Assembly (NCBI GenBank): GCA_030390025.1
Contig: CM059432.1
Coordinates: 147,438,001-147,502,000 of the forward strand
DNA: 64,000 nt
Reading direction: 5' to 3'
From: Squalus acanthias
Lineage: Eukaryota
The notes below the pieces were generated by a model. That model did not search any database, was not told where the DNA came from, and was given only the letters and a program-made list of their open reading frames with translations. Numbering within the stretch: position 1 is the first letter of the stretch; each line of letters begins with the position of its first letter. The position numbers were made by a program, and so were the translations under genes. This document shows positions 1 to 12,223 of this stretch, piece by piece.

Positions 1-279
1 ACATCGAAAAATAGGAGCAGGAGTCGGCCATTCGGCCCTTCGAGCCTGCTCCGCCATTCAATATGATCATGGCTGATCCTCTATCTCAATACCATATTCC
101 CGCTCTCTCCCCATACCCCTTGATGCCTTTTGTGTCTAGAAATCTGTCTATCTCCTTCTTAAATATATTCAGTGACTTGGCCTCCACAGCCTTCTGTGGT
201 AGAGAATTCCACAGGTTCACCACCCTCTGAGTGAAGACATTTCTCCTCATCTCAGTCCTAAATGTCCTACCCCGTATCC
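1..279 (-). mobile_element. CR1 LINE 3' end (ORF2 C-terminus and 3' UTR)
   Basis: ORF 86..283 encodes RGRTFRTEMRRNVFTQRVVNLWNSLP, the CR1 ORF2 C-terminus; nearly identical to the copy at 11619-12150. Confidence 0.95.
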
Positions 280-528
280 CCAAAACAGGTTCAACTTAGC
301 TACTTTCTGATGATATCAGGGACTACCTGATGGAGTTTTGTAAACTTTGTATCTATACATGATGATCAGAGGTTGTAATTTTCGCTCCAATTTTAAGTTG
401 AGGTGTGTTCAGGGTGGACGGGGGTGCGGGGCTGGAGGAAAACCATCGCCCACTCCTTGACGTGAGGCTCAAGCCATTTTAACTCCCAGGCCTCATTTGA
501 ATAGATCAGGTCTCTCTCCCGTTCGAAA

Positions 529-685
529 CCGGCGGGTGTAATATCGTGGCCAGCCGGTGTAATATCGTGGCCGGCGGGTGTAATATCGTGGCCGGCCGGT
601 GTAATATCGTGGCCGGCGGGTGCAATATCGTGGCCGGCGGGTGTAATATCGTGGCTGGTGGGTGTAATATCGTGGCCGGCGGGTG
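529..685. repeat. 21-bp minisatellite, about 7.5 copies, inside a probable Harbinger-type non-autonomous element (~368-787)
   Basis: Unit CCGGCGGGTGTAATATCGTGG recurs every 21 nt; this explains the repetitive ORFs at 393..908, 506..721 and 546..752. Confidence 0.95.
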
Positions 686-787
686 GGAGTGGGAATGGTG
701 CTGGGAGCCGGGCAGCATCAAGGGCCGAAGGAAATGGTCCCGGGTAAGCTAAATATGTAGGAGGTGGTCTGGGCTGATTGCAGCTGG

Positions 788-1370
788 AACACAAGAACAT
801 AAGCAATAGGAGCAGGAATAGGCCACTCGGCCCCTTGAGCCTGCTCCGCCATTCAATAAGATCATGGCTGATCTTGGGCTCAAAGACACTTCCCCGCCCA
901 CTCCCCATAACCCTTCCCTCCCTTATCTTGCAAAAATCTGTCTATCTCCACCTTAAATGTATTTAATGACCCAGCCTCCACAGCTCTCTGGGCAGAGAAT
1001 TCCACAGATTTACGACCCTCTGAGAGAAGAAATTCCTCCTCATCTCAGTTCTAAAAGGGCGATCCTTTATTCTGAAACTGTGCCCCCGAATTCTAGATTT
1101 CCCCACGAGGGGAAACATCCTCTCTGCATCTACCTTGTCGAGCCGCCTCAGTATCTTATATGTTTCAATAAGATCACCTCTCATTCTTCTAAATTCCAAT
1201 GAGTATAGGCCCAACCTGCTCAACCTTTCTTCATAAGTCAACCCCTTCATCTCAGAAAACAACCGTGTGAATCGTCTCTGAACTGCCTCCAATGCAAGTA
1301 TATCCTTCCTTAAATAAGGAGACCAAAACTGTATGCAGTACTCCAGGTGTGGTCTCACCAACGCCCTGTA
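788..1370 (-). mobile_element. CR1 LINE 3' fragment
   Basis: ORF 963..1415 encodes LYRALVRPHLEYCIQFWSP...RRMRGDLIETYKI...RVVNLWNSLP; ACATAAGA-type tail at the left end. Confidence 0.95.
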
Positions 1371-1734
1371 GAGGAGGAGGTGGGGAAAGAAATCCTGGGG
1401 CAGAGCAAACCCCAAGGATCAATGAATCTGCAGAAAAGATCAATTCAAATACTTAGCTTGGGCTCTTCTGGCCTCTCCGGTAACTGTTGCCAGATCCTGT
1501 TGTCTGCTTTGGCCCCATCCGGGCCTCCTGAACTTTTTAGTTGAATATCATTATTGGGCCACGACTTTTAAATCTAAAGTAGGCCCCCTACCTGCCTGGG
1601 CGGACAGCCCTCACATGCCTGTTCAGAGGTGAGTTAAGATAGTGGAGGACGGGAATGTGTCGGGAACATGGCGCAACCTCTTTGACATCTTAACCCCCTC
1701 CCGCCTGCATCATTCCCACTGGGTGGGCAGGGTC

Positions 1735-1875
1735 AAGGGAGTCACGGGGTGTGGGGAGAGAGCGGGAAAGTGGTGCTGAGGCCAAGATTGGATCAGCCAT
1801 GATCTCATTGAATGGCGGAGCAGGCTCGAGCGGCCGATTGGCCGCCTCCTGCTCCTGTTTCTTATGTTCTTATGT
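1735..1875 (+). mobile_element. CR1 3' UTR stub
   Basis: GATCAGCCATGATCTCATTGAATGGCGGAGCAGGCTCG followed by a (TTCTTATG)n tail. Confidence 0.9.
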
Positions 1876-2816
1876 CAAAAGTAAGCATTGACCATGATTA
1901 CAGTTTACTGTGAAGGAATAATTCCAACTGATTGACTTGCTGAGCTTTCGTGTGTTTCTGCGAACCAATGGAAAATCTCAGCACAGACAGGCTTAAAAAC
2001 AGAATAAATACTCCCAATTGGCATGTGTTAATAGGAATACCATCAAATTCAAATATTGGCTGGCAGACAAGCTCCATGGGAATGCCCCTGGCCAATGTAA
2101 TCAGAGTACCTCCACTAAGTACGCTTGCTCTAACTAGGAGACTCCTGGGCTCAGCAGACCAGCCCGAGACCCAAATCATTTTTAAATGCATTCTTGCTAA
2201 ACAAGGTAATGCCCTCGTGAGAAAGTGTCTGGAGAGATTGGATGGGTAGCTGCTAACCCATTAGTGCTCCCAGCGTAGAGCATCGTGTGACTGGAGGAAA
2301 ATCATGCCGAGTGCGTGGAGCCTGACGCTTGAATTCGTAACACGCACTTCAGTTGCTCAGAGCTCTGAATCAGGAGCACTAATTCAGAAAATCTACTCCG
2401 TCGCATACACAAAAGGCAATGACGTCAATCATTTTGAAACACATGATTGCATCACTTTCCTTTGAACGCAGCAAAAAAAAAGTACGGCACGTTGCAACCC
2501 TTCATAAGCAATATAAAAGTTTGCTGAATACTTTTTTCAGGGACATTGAGGGGGAACTTTTACTGCCAACACGCTGGGAGCGGGGAGCTCCGGTAGTGCG
2601 TGAGAAACCCAGAGGTAAGTGCAGCGCGTCTGCCAGTGGCTTTTTATCCCAGCCACTGCAGTTGCATCTGACTTCCGGGTTTACCAACCAATTAGGTCGA
2701 GTGGGCGTGATGACGACCCACATGAGCCAATTTCAGCTCCAGTATTTAAAGGGACTCTGCAAAGATGACATTTGACGGGTTCTGGAGGTGGGAGAACAAA
2801 AGAAGGAACTGTCAGA

Positions 2817-3480
2817 ATGGAGTCCCAACGTTCCAAGTCTGCGCTTCGTTTTAGTGACGCCTCCCTGGATGTGATGCTGGGAGCTGTAAGGGCCCGTAGG
2901 GAGATACTGTTCCCTACTGACGGGGGAGAAGAAGCCTGCCAGTGAACCCAAGAAGGCATGGCTGGAAGTTGCTCATGAGGTGAGCAGCAGGAGTGTGGTG
3001 CCACACTCCTGGATTCAGTGCTGAAAGCAGTTTAATGACCTAAGCAGGGCAGGAAAGGTGAGTACAATGGCACATTCACCGACATCCTGATGTGTGCATC
3101 ACCCCAACCCCCCTCACTCTGTCTTCTCAAGCCTGCTCCAGCAAATCACTCCTCACACCAACTTACCTTGCAGGTGCACCCATCCCTCTCTGTCTATGCA
3201 CTTCCTCACATCCCCATCTGACCATCCACCATAGACACTCAACCTCATCTTTATGCAATGTCATGCCTCTCCCTCGTCGACACCCTCAATAAATGCTGTC
3301 CATCCATCCGTTCAACACATGCCATTAATCTTAATCTTCTTTCCCTCCTTGCAGGAGAAGAGAGCACAGAACATCAGGGAGAAGCAGAGTACCGGAGATG
3401 GACCTCCATCAATCTCCCAACTGACAGCCACAGCGGAGGAGGCGTGCTTGGCCGTTGGAGCTGGGGTGATGAGGGGCCTC
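2817..3480 (+). pseudogene. Harbinger Myb/SANT-like gene remnant, exon 1 (2817-3057) and exon 2 (from 3355)
   Basis: MESQRSKSALRFSDASLDVML...AWLEVAHEVSSRSVVPHSWIQC*KQFNDLSR, then a GTGAGT donor; acceptor TTGCAG followed by EKRAQNIREKQSTGDGPP. One frameshift and one stop. Confidence 0.85.
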
Positions 3481-3977
3481 CCAGCTACCTGCTGACATAA
3501 TTAAATCTCAAACAGCCACATGGCACACAACACTCACTCATGTTGACTTGATGTCAGCAGCAAGTGAAATACGATCATGAGCAAAATGAGTTGGGTCTCG
3601 CATATGGGAGTGATCTAAAGTACGGAGGCTAAAAATAATCTGGAGTGAGGAGGTAGAAAAGCCAATGCTGGAGATTATTGAGGGTGTGGGTAGCTGAAGC
3701 TGGACTGAGAGCCAAGTTGCTGGTTACTACATGTGGGGACACCCAGTAACAGAGCAGCCAAGCAGCATGCAGCTCATTCTGGCTATGCTGCTGTAGCATT
3801 TTACAGAATTTATAATTGCAATCCTAACAAACAAGGGGCTATGAAATCCTCTGGCCGCTATGTGTCGTGACATTGTAAATGTTTCTGAAGATATTGGGTT
3901 AGAATTTCTGCGGCGGGCTCTTGATCTCCCATCGTAAGTTCAGTGGAGACCTGGCTATTTAAGCCATTGTCAGTGTC

Positions 3978-4431
3978 AGCTGTGGCTCAGTGGGTAGCAC
4001 TCTCACCTCTGAGTCAGAAGGCTGTGGGTTCAAGTCCCACTCCATATGGAACTTGTGCACATAAATCGAGGCTGACCCTCCAGTGCAGTGCTGCACTGTC
4101 GGAGGTGCTGTCTTTCGGATGAGCCGTTAAACCGAGGCCCCGTCTGCTCTCTCAGGTAGACGTAAAAGATCCCATGGCACTATTTCGAAGAAGAGCAGGG
4201 GAGTTACCCCCGGTGTCCTGGGCCAATATTTATCCCTCAATCAATGTAACAAAAACAGATGATCTGGTCATTAACACATTGCTGTTTGTGGGACCTTGCT
4301 GTGTGCAAATTGGCTGCCGCGTTTCCCACATTACAACAGTGTCTCCACTTCAAAAGTACCTAATTGGCTGTAAAGCGCTTTGAGACGTCCGGTGGTCGTG
4401 AAAGGCGCTATATAAATGCAAGTCTTTCTTT
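3978..4431 (+). mobile_element. tRNA-headed Deu-domain SINE (SacSINE1/AmnSINE1-like), near full length
   Basis: A box TGGCTCAGTGGG and B box GGTTCAAGTCC; body GGAGGTGCTGTCTTTCGGATGAG...AAAGATCCCATGGCAC; L2-like tail AAAGGCGCTATATAAATGCAAG. It sits inside a degenerate palindromic MITE (~3896-4493). Confidence 0.85.
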
Positions 4432-4596
4432 CCATGTCTCTTCTACTGAAGTTACAGCAGAAGATCAGGAGAAGCCCTTCAGAAATCCCAGCTGATTGTC
4501 TGCTCAGTGTTTCTAGTGGATCATAAGAGAATTTTTTTGTTTTTATGGGATGTGGGCATCGCTGGCAAGGCCAGCATTTATTGCTGGTAAATTGAG

Positions 4597-4721
4597 GGTA
4601 ATTTTCACTTTGGGCGCGGGCACCTCATCTGATTTTCCTTTCAGTTGAAGTCAACGGGGTGTTTAATGGCGGCCGATCTACAACTGCCAGTTTTCTACCC
4701 ATGCCCAAAGTGAAAACTACC
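4597..4721. mobile_element. 125-bp MITE, Harbinger-like
   Basis: TIRs GGTAATTTTCACTTTGGGC and GCCCAAAGTGAAAACTACC match at 18 of 19 positions. Confidence 0.75.
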
Positions 4722-5199
4722 ACCAATGTGTTTTGTTTAGAATGTGATTGGCAAATGCTAGAAACACGGAGCAGAGTTAATTTCCATAAACAGATTTTAC
4801 TAAGTTACTACACATTGAAACCAGGGGAGTTCTTACTGCCGTGCACCATCTGTTATCTTGACAGTAAAACGTCAAGCCATGAAAGAAGAGACTGCATGAT
4901 CAGAAGTGGCTGCTCCCTCACAGCCACAGGTCATCTCCTTACAAGTAAAGGCCAGGCCCTCATAGGCAGCAGTGTCATCAGAGCACTCCGCATCGAAATC
5001 TACACCTGCGTCAAGCACCAACCCAGGCACGTACACCCCAGAAGACGATAATGAGTTTGAGGAGGAAACATCAGATAAATTACAGAGCGCAGATGAGCAA
5101 AAGGGCAAAAAAATAATACTGAACTTGCAACCCTGAGGTCATGCGCTCAAACTCCAACAGGGCGAGTTGCGAGTTTGAACTCAATAAATTTGGTTAAAA

Positions 5200-5320
5200 A
5201 AGCAAAATCCTGCAGAGGCTGAAACATAAAAAGAAAATGCTGGCGACACTCAGCAGGTTAGGCAGGTCTATGGAGAGCACAAATCAGTTGATATTTCAAG
5301 TATAAACCCTTCCTTAGAAC
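5200..5320 (-). mobile_element. Degenerate Penelope family B pLTR
   Basis: Similar to 62372-62495 (GCAAAAT..CTGC.GA.GCTG...CTCAGCAGGT.AGGCAG); the hammerhead region has decayed. Confidence 0.65.
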
Positions 5321-6014
5321 ATAAGGATATTATTGCAAGGGAACAGCATGTAAAATGAACAGAATAAGGGAAGGTGGGTGGGGGTGGGCACACACACACA
5401 CAATGACCACACACAGGAAAAGACCTGTAAAGTACCACAGTGTGGGATCAGGAAATGGTTAAAGAGCATGACTGATATGTGCAGGAGACAAAAGGAGGCA
5501 TAATTGGAGAAGAGAAAGAAATGAAATGAGTCACTGAGGCCGAGAGTTTCCGGGGGTTCAGTGGGCACAATTGGTGGTGGGCTGTGGTTCTTTTCCCAAG
5601 TGGGCCGGGACCCCGCTGTGAACCCGCCACCACGCACCTTTCCCCGATGTCGAATCTGTCGGCGTTGAGCAGACCCGACGCGCAGCGGCTTGGGACCCAA
5701 TTCAGGTAATTATGACCTTGTTTAGAGATCATGAACAATACATTTGAGCTCACCTTTTGATTTTACGTGCTTGACCACGTCTGTCAAGTTGAGGCAGGAG
5801 TTCAGTGGCCATTGAATCAGCTGTTGAGTTGACAGCTTCAAATGTACAGTAAAAGCTCCCACCTTACAGAGATATCTTCCCTCAGCCAGAAGCTCTTCCT
5901 CACTGTATTTCCCCAACAGATTCACCATGCTGCAAGTCTTTACACAAGTCTCCATCCAGTCTGACCTCCTAGCTTCAAACTAATGAAGTGGGTGGGGGGG
6001 GGGGGGGGGGGTGC

Positions 6015-7355
6015 GCGGGGGGATTCGGGAAAGAGTAAATTTAAAAGCAGCAAGAGAAATGTCAAGGCTCTAGAGCAGAGTAGAGTTTTGGGTAAAAATA
6101 AACAGAGTGGGTCAGGAAGGGACAGAGAGAGTAACAAAGGTAAAAAGGCATCAGTGACTAAGGTGACATCAGAGAAAAAGAGAAATAAGTCAAAGCTGAA
6201 GGCACTATATCTGACTGCACGAAGCATTCGCGACAAAATAGATGAATTAATAGCGCAGATAGAAATTAACAGGTTTGATCTAATAGCCATAACGGAGACG
6301 TGGTTGCAAAGTGGCCAAGGTTGGGAACTAACTATTCCAGGATACATAACTTTTAGATAGGATAGGCAAAATGGAAAAGGAGGAGGGGTAGCCCTGATAA
6401 TAAAGGATGGGATAAAGACAGTAGAATCTGTTTGGGTGGAGCTAAGAAACAGCACGGGGCAGAAAACATTGGTGGGAGTTGTTTATAGGCCCCCAAGCAG
6501 TAGTTGTAATGTAGGGCAAAGTATAAATCAGTAAATTAGAGATGCATGTAACAAGGGTAATACAGTAATCATGGGGGACTTTAATCTACATATAGACTGG
6601 GCAAACCAAATTTGCAGTATTAGTGTGGAGGATGAATTCATGGAATGTATGCAAGATAGTTTTCTAGATCAGTATGTTGAGGAACCAACTAGGGAACAGA
6701 CTATTTTAGATCTAGTATTGTGCAACGAGAAAGGGTTAATTAATAACCTTGTAGTAAAGGGGCCTTTAGGGAAGAGTGACCATAATATGAGAGAATTTTA
6801 TATTAAGTTTGAAAGTGATTTAGTTAAATCCGAAACTAGGGTCTTAAGTCAAAACAAAGCAAACTACGTAGGTATGAGGGGCGAGTTGGCTAAGGTAGAT
6901 TGGGAAACTACATTAAAAGGTATTACAGTGGATGAGCAATGGCTAGCATTTAAAGAATTAATACATAATTTACAACAAATATACATTCCTTTAAGGCACA
7001 AAAACCCCACGGGAAAAGTGGTCCAACCGTGGCTAACAATAGAAATTAAAGATAGTATTAGATCAAAGGAATAGGCTTGTAATGCTGCCAAAAAGAATAG
7101 TAAGCCTGAGGATTGGGAGGATTTTAGAATTCAGCAAAGGAGGACCAAGAAATTGATAAAGAAAGGGAAAATAGAATGAGAGTAAACCAGCAAGAGACAT
7201 AAAAACAGACTGTAAAAGCTTCTGTAGGTATGTAAAAAGGAAAAGATTAGCGAAAGTAAATGTGGGTCCCTTACAGGCTGAGACAGGAGAAATTATAATG
7301 GGGAATAAGGAAATGGCAGAGAAATTAAACAAATACTTTGTGTCTGTCTTCACGG
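6015..7355 (+). mobile_element. CR1 ORF2 fragment with APE endonuclease domain
   Basis: LKALYLTARSIRDK...DLIAITETWL, VYRPP, MGDFN and SDHN motifs in ORFs 5983..6360 and 6571..7074; several stops. Confidence 0.95.
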
Positions 7356-8278
7356 AATCATTTCACACTCATCTCCATTGCGGAGGTACCATTATGTCTC
7401 ACCATTCACTGCAACTCGCTAAACCACTTCCAAAGGTGCACACAAATCTGTTCAATAACGCAAAGTGTTGAAAATAAAGGTTTCAATATTTGACACCACA
7501 TTAACAGAAACTTTACATTTACATTGCATAAAACACCCAAGTGCCTACCCTTGTGTGTTGTTAGTTGGTATGATTGGACTAGGATGAGGGTGAGTGTGAG
7601 GAGTAGCTAGTGAGATGGGGATGTGATAATGTAGATAGAGAGGGATGGGTGGAGGTCCAAGGTCAGTTGGTATGAGTAAGGATGTGCAGGAGTAGGGTAG
7701 GGAAGGCAGAGTGATGAGGATGTGATGAGAGGCACAGCAGGATGAGGTTGAGTGTGGCTTTGTACTAACGTTTCGTGATCTACTGAGATCATTGAAATGT
7801 TTGCGGCACTGCACCCAGGTCCTCCTGACCACATCCCTGCTTGTGCCCTCCTGTGCAATGTGCAACCAGGCTGTGTTTATCTCCTACGGAGGTCTCTTCT
7901 GCCCATGGGAAGGGAAGAGGACCTCCCTGCATGCTGTGACTCCCTCCATAAGCATATGGAGGGAGTCATGGGAGAGCCTGGGTGCAGCCCATCACCTTTG
8001 TGCAGTGATTGTCAGTGATTGCAACACCTCAATGTTGTAGAATACTGACAGCGCAAATAAATTTGGACATGGTCCCTTTAAGGAAACTGGATGATGATGC
8101 ATCAAATGACATCATCAGACCTGCTTCCTCTAATTGGCTGGGAAATGCGCTGAGCAGGCTTAACAAGCCCAATCTAGGGAAATTCATTTCAGACAGCGGG
8201 ATGGAGCTAGTAGCGGGGTCGGGCCCCGCCACCGATGTCGCTTGCGACAGACCCACCGAGGTCAGCAAAATCGCGGCC
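7356..8278 (-). mobile_element. Harbinger fragment with Myb/SANT exon 1 (~8010-7772)
   Basis: Minus strand reads AWLHIAQEGTSRDVVRRTWVQCRKHFNDLSRSRN, then a GTTAGT donor; terminus GCAAAATCGCGGCC at 8278. Confidence 0.8.
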
Positions 8279-8914
8279 TGAGAGTGTGAGATGAGCTTAA
8301 GGGGAGTAGGTAAGTAAGATGGGAAGCTTGAGAAACTGGCAAAGTGGAGCAGGCTCCAGCGGCCCAGGAGTCTGCTGGAAGGAAAAAGTAGGTCAGCATC
8401 AAGGGGTTTTTTCTTCCACCAGATTCCTGGCCAATTGGAGACTGCTCCATTTTGCCATCCTGTGTAGAGGATGCCATAGAGGTTTTAGGAGCCATTGTTC
8501 CAGTGCATATTCATGGAGATAACCTTGCAATGTTCCTTCCCTTGAAAGAGTTCAAACACATATAAATTGGGGAGGGAATATGCAAATTATTCAGTGGATA
8601 CAGCAAACATGTATTGATATACATGATCTTCATTCTGTGGTCACACATCTTTGGATGTTCATGAAATTATAGTGAAGATTTTCTCTATGTCCTGGGTGTA
8701 ATGAAATTGCAAGCCAATATATAAAGATGGAATGATGTCAATCTCGCACTGCAGGTTGTGTCCGTACTATAAAACAGAATGAGGCCTCCTTGTGTGCTGT
8801 CCCTCCTCCTCCTCAGTTATGCTTCTGCAGTTATGCCAACTTTCTCCACACCTCCAATGTCAAGTTTGATCAGATATGAAGCAAATAACTGCAAAATTGC
8901 ACAGGGTAGTCTTA

Positions 8915-9232
8915 GTTTTTTTAAATTCGTTCCTGGGATGTGGGTGTCGCTGGCAAGGCCAGACTTTATTGCCCATCCCTAATTGCCCTTGAGAAAGTGG
9001 TGGTGAGCCGCCTTCTTGAACCGCTGCAGTCCGTGTGGTGAAGGTACTCCCACAGTGCTGTTAGGGAGGGAGTTCCAGGATTTTGACCCAGCGACGATGA
9101 AGGAACGGTGATATACTTCCAAGTCAGGATGGTGTGTGACTTGGAGAGGAACTTGGAGGTGGTGGTGTTCCCATGCGCCTGCTGCCCTTGTCCTTCTAGA
9201 TGGTAGAGGTCGCGGGTTTGGGAGATGCTGCC
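8915..9232 (-). mobile_element. 3' end of a CR1/Jockey-group LINE (same family as 61060-62272)
   Basis: Minus strand encodes RQHLPNPRPLPSRRTRAA...KSWNSLPNSTV...LQRFKKAAHHH; 3' end GGGCAATAAA..CTGGCCTTGCCAGCGAC.CCCACATCCC. Confidence 0.85.
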
Positions 9233-9859
9233 TAATAGTCAACTATTCATGGTGCTCAGAAAACAAATAAATGTGCATTCGCTTGAACATGAACAGGTTA
9301 CTCAGCAGTAACATTTACTTTGTGTGCGAGCAGTCACTTTAGCGTGATGAATAATTCTGAAACCATGGCCTTTTTAATGAAGTATTGGAAAAAGCCTCTA
9401 TTCTATCCTTCCAAGGAACCAGATAATCACAACAGTTTAGTCTAGAACAGGCCTCGCATTTAGAGAAATGCAATGTCACGAGACAAAACTGATGTTTTTG
9501 GCGAGTTTCAGAACTGAATGGTGATCAATGATGAGATGTTAAAACCACATAATGACATCAACTGCCCTGACACACTTGGATCAACTTAGAGGTGGCCGAA
9601 GACCTGTGTCACAATTGCAAAGCCCAAATCACAGAAAAACCAAAACTTTGATTCTATCATCCTAACATTTTTTGACAGTGTGTGAAAAATTCTGCTGTTC
9701 TGTGAAGATTTTTTGGATTGATTCAGAATGGTGAGGTGCTACTGTAGCAGAACCTCACTTTCTGGCACAAACATGGTGAGTCAAGCATGGCCAGCTCTTG
9801 TTGTACTGCCTTAGCCCTCATTTTATAGAGGGCAGATAGAGTGGCCATATCTCTCTCTC

Positions 9860-10210
9860 TCTTTTTCTCTCTTCCACATGGCAGCTGTCTTTCATTCTGC
9901 CATTGCCATTTACACTTCATCTAGAGCCATCTTTTGTTTCTTAACTTGTCCCATTACCATCTCCTTTTGCCTTGCACCATCTCTTAATGTTTCTTAATCT
10001 CTCCTGCCTTCCATCCTATCACAGGCCTTCCCTTTTGTTCTTTCCTCCCATCCCCCCTTTCCCTGCCCCTACACATGCTTAAAAACCTCTTCCATCTCCA
10101 ACTTTTTCCAGTTCTGACGAAGGGTCATCGACCTGAAATGTTAACTCTGTTTCTCTCTCCACAGATGCTCCCTGACCTGCTGAGAGTTTCCAGCATTTTC
10201 TCTTTTTCTC
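9860..10210 (+). mobile_element. Penelope family B 3' UTR/pLTR
   Basis: Near-identical to 23510-23855, which lies directly downstream of the GIY-YIG ORF. Confidence 0.9.
10110..10146 (+). ncRNA. Minimal type I hammerhead ribozyme motif (PLE family B)
   Basis: AGTT-CTGACGA-A-GGGTC(ATC)GACCT-GAAA-TG-TT-AACT: stem I AGTT/AACT, stem II, CUGANGA and GAAA cores. The AACGTT palindrome is decayed to AATGTT. Confidence 0.8.
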
Positions 10211-10710
10211 TCAATGTGTATTTAGTGCAAAAAGTAGGCATGACTGTACTGAGTCCCGTTACATGACAAACAAGGCCACAATATTCATCACAGGCCGGAT
10301 ACGGCAGAACTCAAAGTTGTCATTGGCAACAAGGATTCTCAGCAGCTGATTTCTGAGTGCATTATACTCCACGAGTATCATTTCACGGGGCATAATGGAC
10401 TGGAAAAAGGGGCCGGGGAACTGAAGCATTGGGTCTGTGCTAGATGTGCATTTCTGGTGGCCCTGGGGCCGGGCACAGGAAGCTCACACCTTAAACAGTC
10501 AGGAGTTTCCTTTCAAGATTAAAATGTAGGTGGTGACATCCTGTGCACGATCTGTCACTGCTCATTCTCAATTATATTCTTGGCAGTTAGACATCCAGGG
10601 TTGTTAGGGACTGGGAAATAGAAGGAAATTAATTTAAAGGGCACATTATTGTAAAGGTAAGTATTTTAAGTCCATTCCTGACCTTTTCTTAATTTTTTTT
10701 GTGTCGGTGG

Positions 10711-11400
10711 CCCACAGATGTAGAAGACAGATGGCTGATGTCATGTTTGCCAGGGCAGGCAATTATGTCAACTTGGTCACCAATGACACCAGTCAGGTTG
10801 AGCGTGCGCTCGGGTTTGTGGCACCGGCTGGCTTCCCACAGGTGCAGGGCATCATCGACTGCACGTATGTGGCAAGGAAGGCGCCCCCCAGATCACCCAG
10901 GAGTGTTCGTCAACCGCAAGGGCTTCCACTCCATCAGTGCGCAGCTGGCGTGCAACCTAAAAAGATGCTTATGCAGGTGAGCGCAAGATTCCCAAGCAGC
11001 TGCCATGATGCTTTCGTCCTGCGCCAGTCCACCTTCCCTGATCTCTTCGCACCTCGAAGCAGATTTACCGGCTGGCTGCTCGGAGACAAGGGATACCCAC
11101 TTAAAACGTGGCTGATGACACCCGTGAGGAACCCAACCAATGAGGCCCAGGAGCGATACAATGAAAGCCATATGACAGCCAGGTGTGTCACTGAGCAAGC
11201 AATCGGCATGCTGAAGATGCGCTTCAGGTGCTTCAACAGATCTGGAGGTGCCCTTCAATACGCAGCAGCCAGGGTCTCCAGAATGATTGTGGTGTGCTGC
11301 GCTCTGCAGTGAGGTTTGGACCTTCAGGAGGAACAAGGCGCACAGGACAGAGCCTCTTAGGAGGAGGAGGAGGAGGAGGAGAAGGAACGTGATGCGGCCA
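10711..11400 (+). pseudogene. PIF/Harbinger DDE transposase remnant (HARBI1-like family, not the domesticated gene)
   Basis: GFPQVQGIIDCTYV, FVNRKGFHSI (frameshifted), SARFPSSCHDAFV, WLLGDKGYPL, LMTP, YNESH...EQAIGMLKMRFRC, IVVCCAL and an acidic tail. The N-terminus is missing. Confidence 0.92.
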
Positions 11401-11618
11401 GTGCATCAGCTACAGCACACATTGCTGCCCGGGATGCTTGGGATGCTCTCATTATTCTACCAGTGCACCCATCTGGCAGCCACATGCAATATCCACTTCC
11501 CCACCCCCAACTCAAAGCAGTCCTGCAAACAACCAACCATCCCTTTCACAGCCCCCATTGCTCAGCGTTAATTATTGTCTTACCATTCATCACACATTAC
11601 CCTCTATGGCAAGTATAT

Positions 11619-12150
11619 CCTGGTCTCCTTACCTAAGAAAGGATATACTTGCCATAGAGGGAGTGCAGCAAAGGTTCACCAGACTGATTCCTGGGATGGC
11701 AGGACTGTCGCATGAGGAGAGATTGGGTCGACTAGGCCTGTATTCACTAGAGTTTAGAAGAATGAGAGGGGATCTCATTGAAACGTATAAAATTCTGACA
11801 GGGCTAGACAGACTGGATGCAGGGAGGATGTTTCCCCTGGCTGGGGGGTCTAGAACGAGGGGTCACAGTCTCAGGATACGGGGTAGGACATTTAGGACTG
11901 AGATGAGGAGAAATTTCTTCACTCAGAGGGTGGTGAATCTGTGGAATTCTCTACCACAGAAGGCTGTGGAGGCCAAGTCACTGAATATATTTAAGAAGGA
12001 GATAGATAGATTTCTAGACACAAAAGGCATCAAGGGGTATGGGGAGAGAGCGGGATATGGTATTGAGATAGAGGATCAGCCATGATCATATTGAATGGCG
12101 GAGCAGGCTCGAAGGGCCGAATGGCCTATTCCTGCTCCTATTTTTCTATG
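11619..12150 (+). mobile_element. CR1 3' end, 5'-truncated
   Basis: WSPYLRKDILAIEGVQQRFTRLIPG...RVVNLWNSLP in ORF 11438..12085; 3' UTR ends in TTTCTATG. Confidence 0.95.
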
Positions 12151-12223
12151 CCTTTCTTCTAAAAGACCACTTGCCAGGCAGCAGCCAAAAATGGGCAACA
12201 CAGGAAAGTAGTGTGAACAAATA

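Noticed and set aside
529..685. CRISPR-like array or repeat protein
   Set aside because: The units are head-to-tail with no unique spacers; it is a simple minisatellite.
3978..4045. tRNA gene
   Set aside because: The A and B boxes continue into a SINE body and tail; it is a SINE head.
5722..5955. Minus-strand host exon with an AAG|GTGAGC donor, or a Harbinger transposase N-terminus
   Set aside because: No recognisable homology beyond a weak YSEEELL resemblance, and no clear acceptor.
8420..8570. Possible exon or ancient transposase (VLGAIV motif)
   Set aside because: The catalytic aspartate and neighbouring motifs are absent, and the frame ends quickly.
10587..10656. Exon with a strong AAG|GTAAGT donor
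   Set aside because: It has stops in all three frames, and the same donor-like word occurs inside MITEs.
10701..11312. Domesticated HARBI1 gene
   Set aside because: It is frameshifted, lacks its N-terminus and lies in transposon context.
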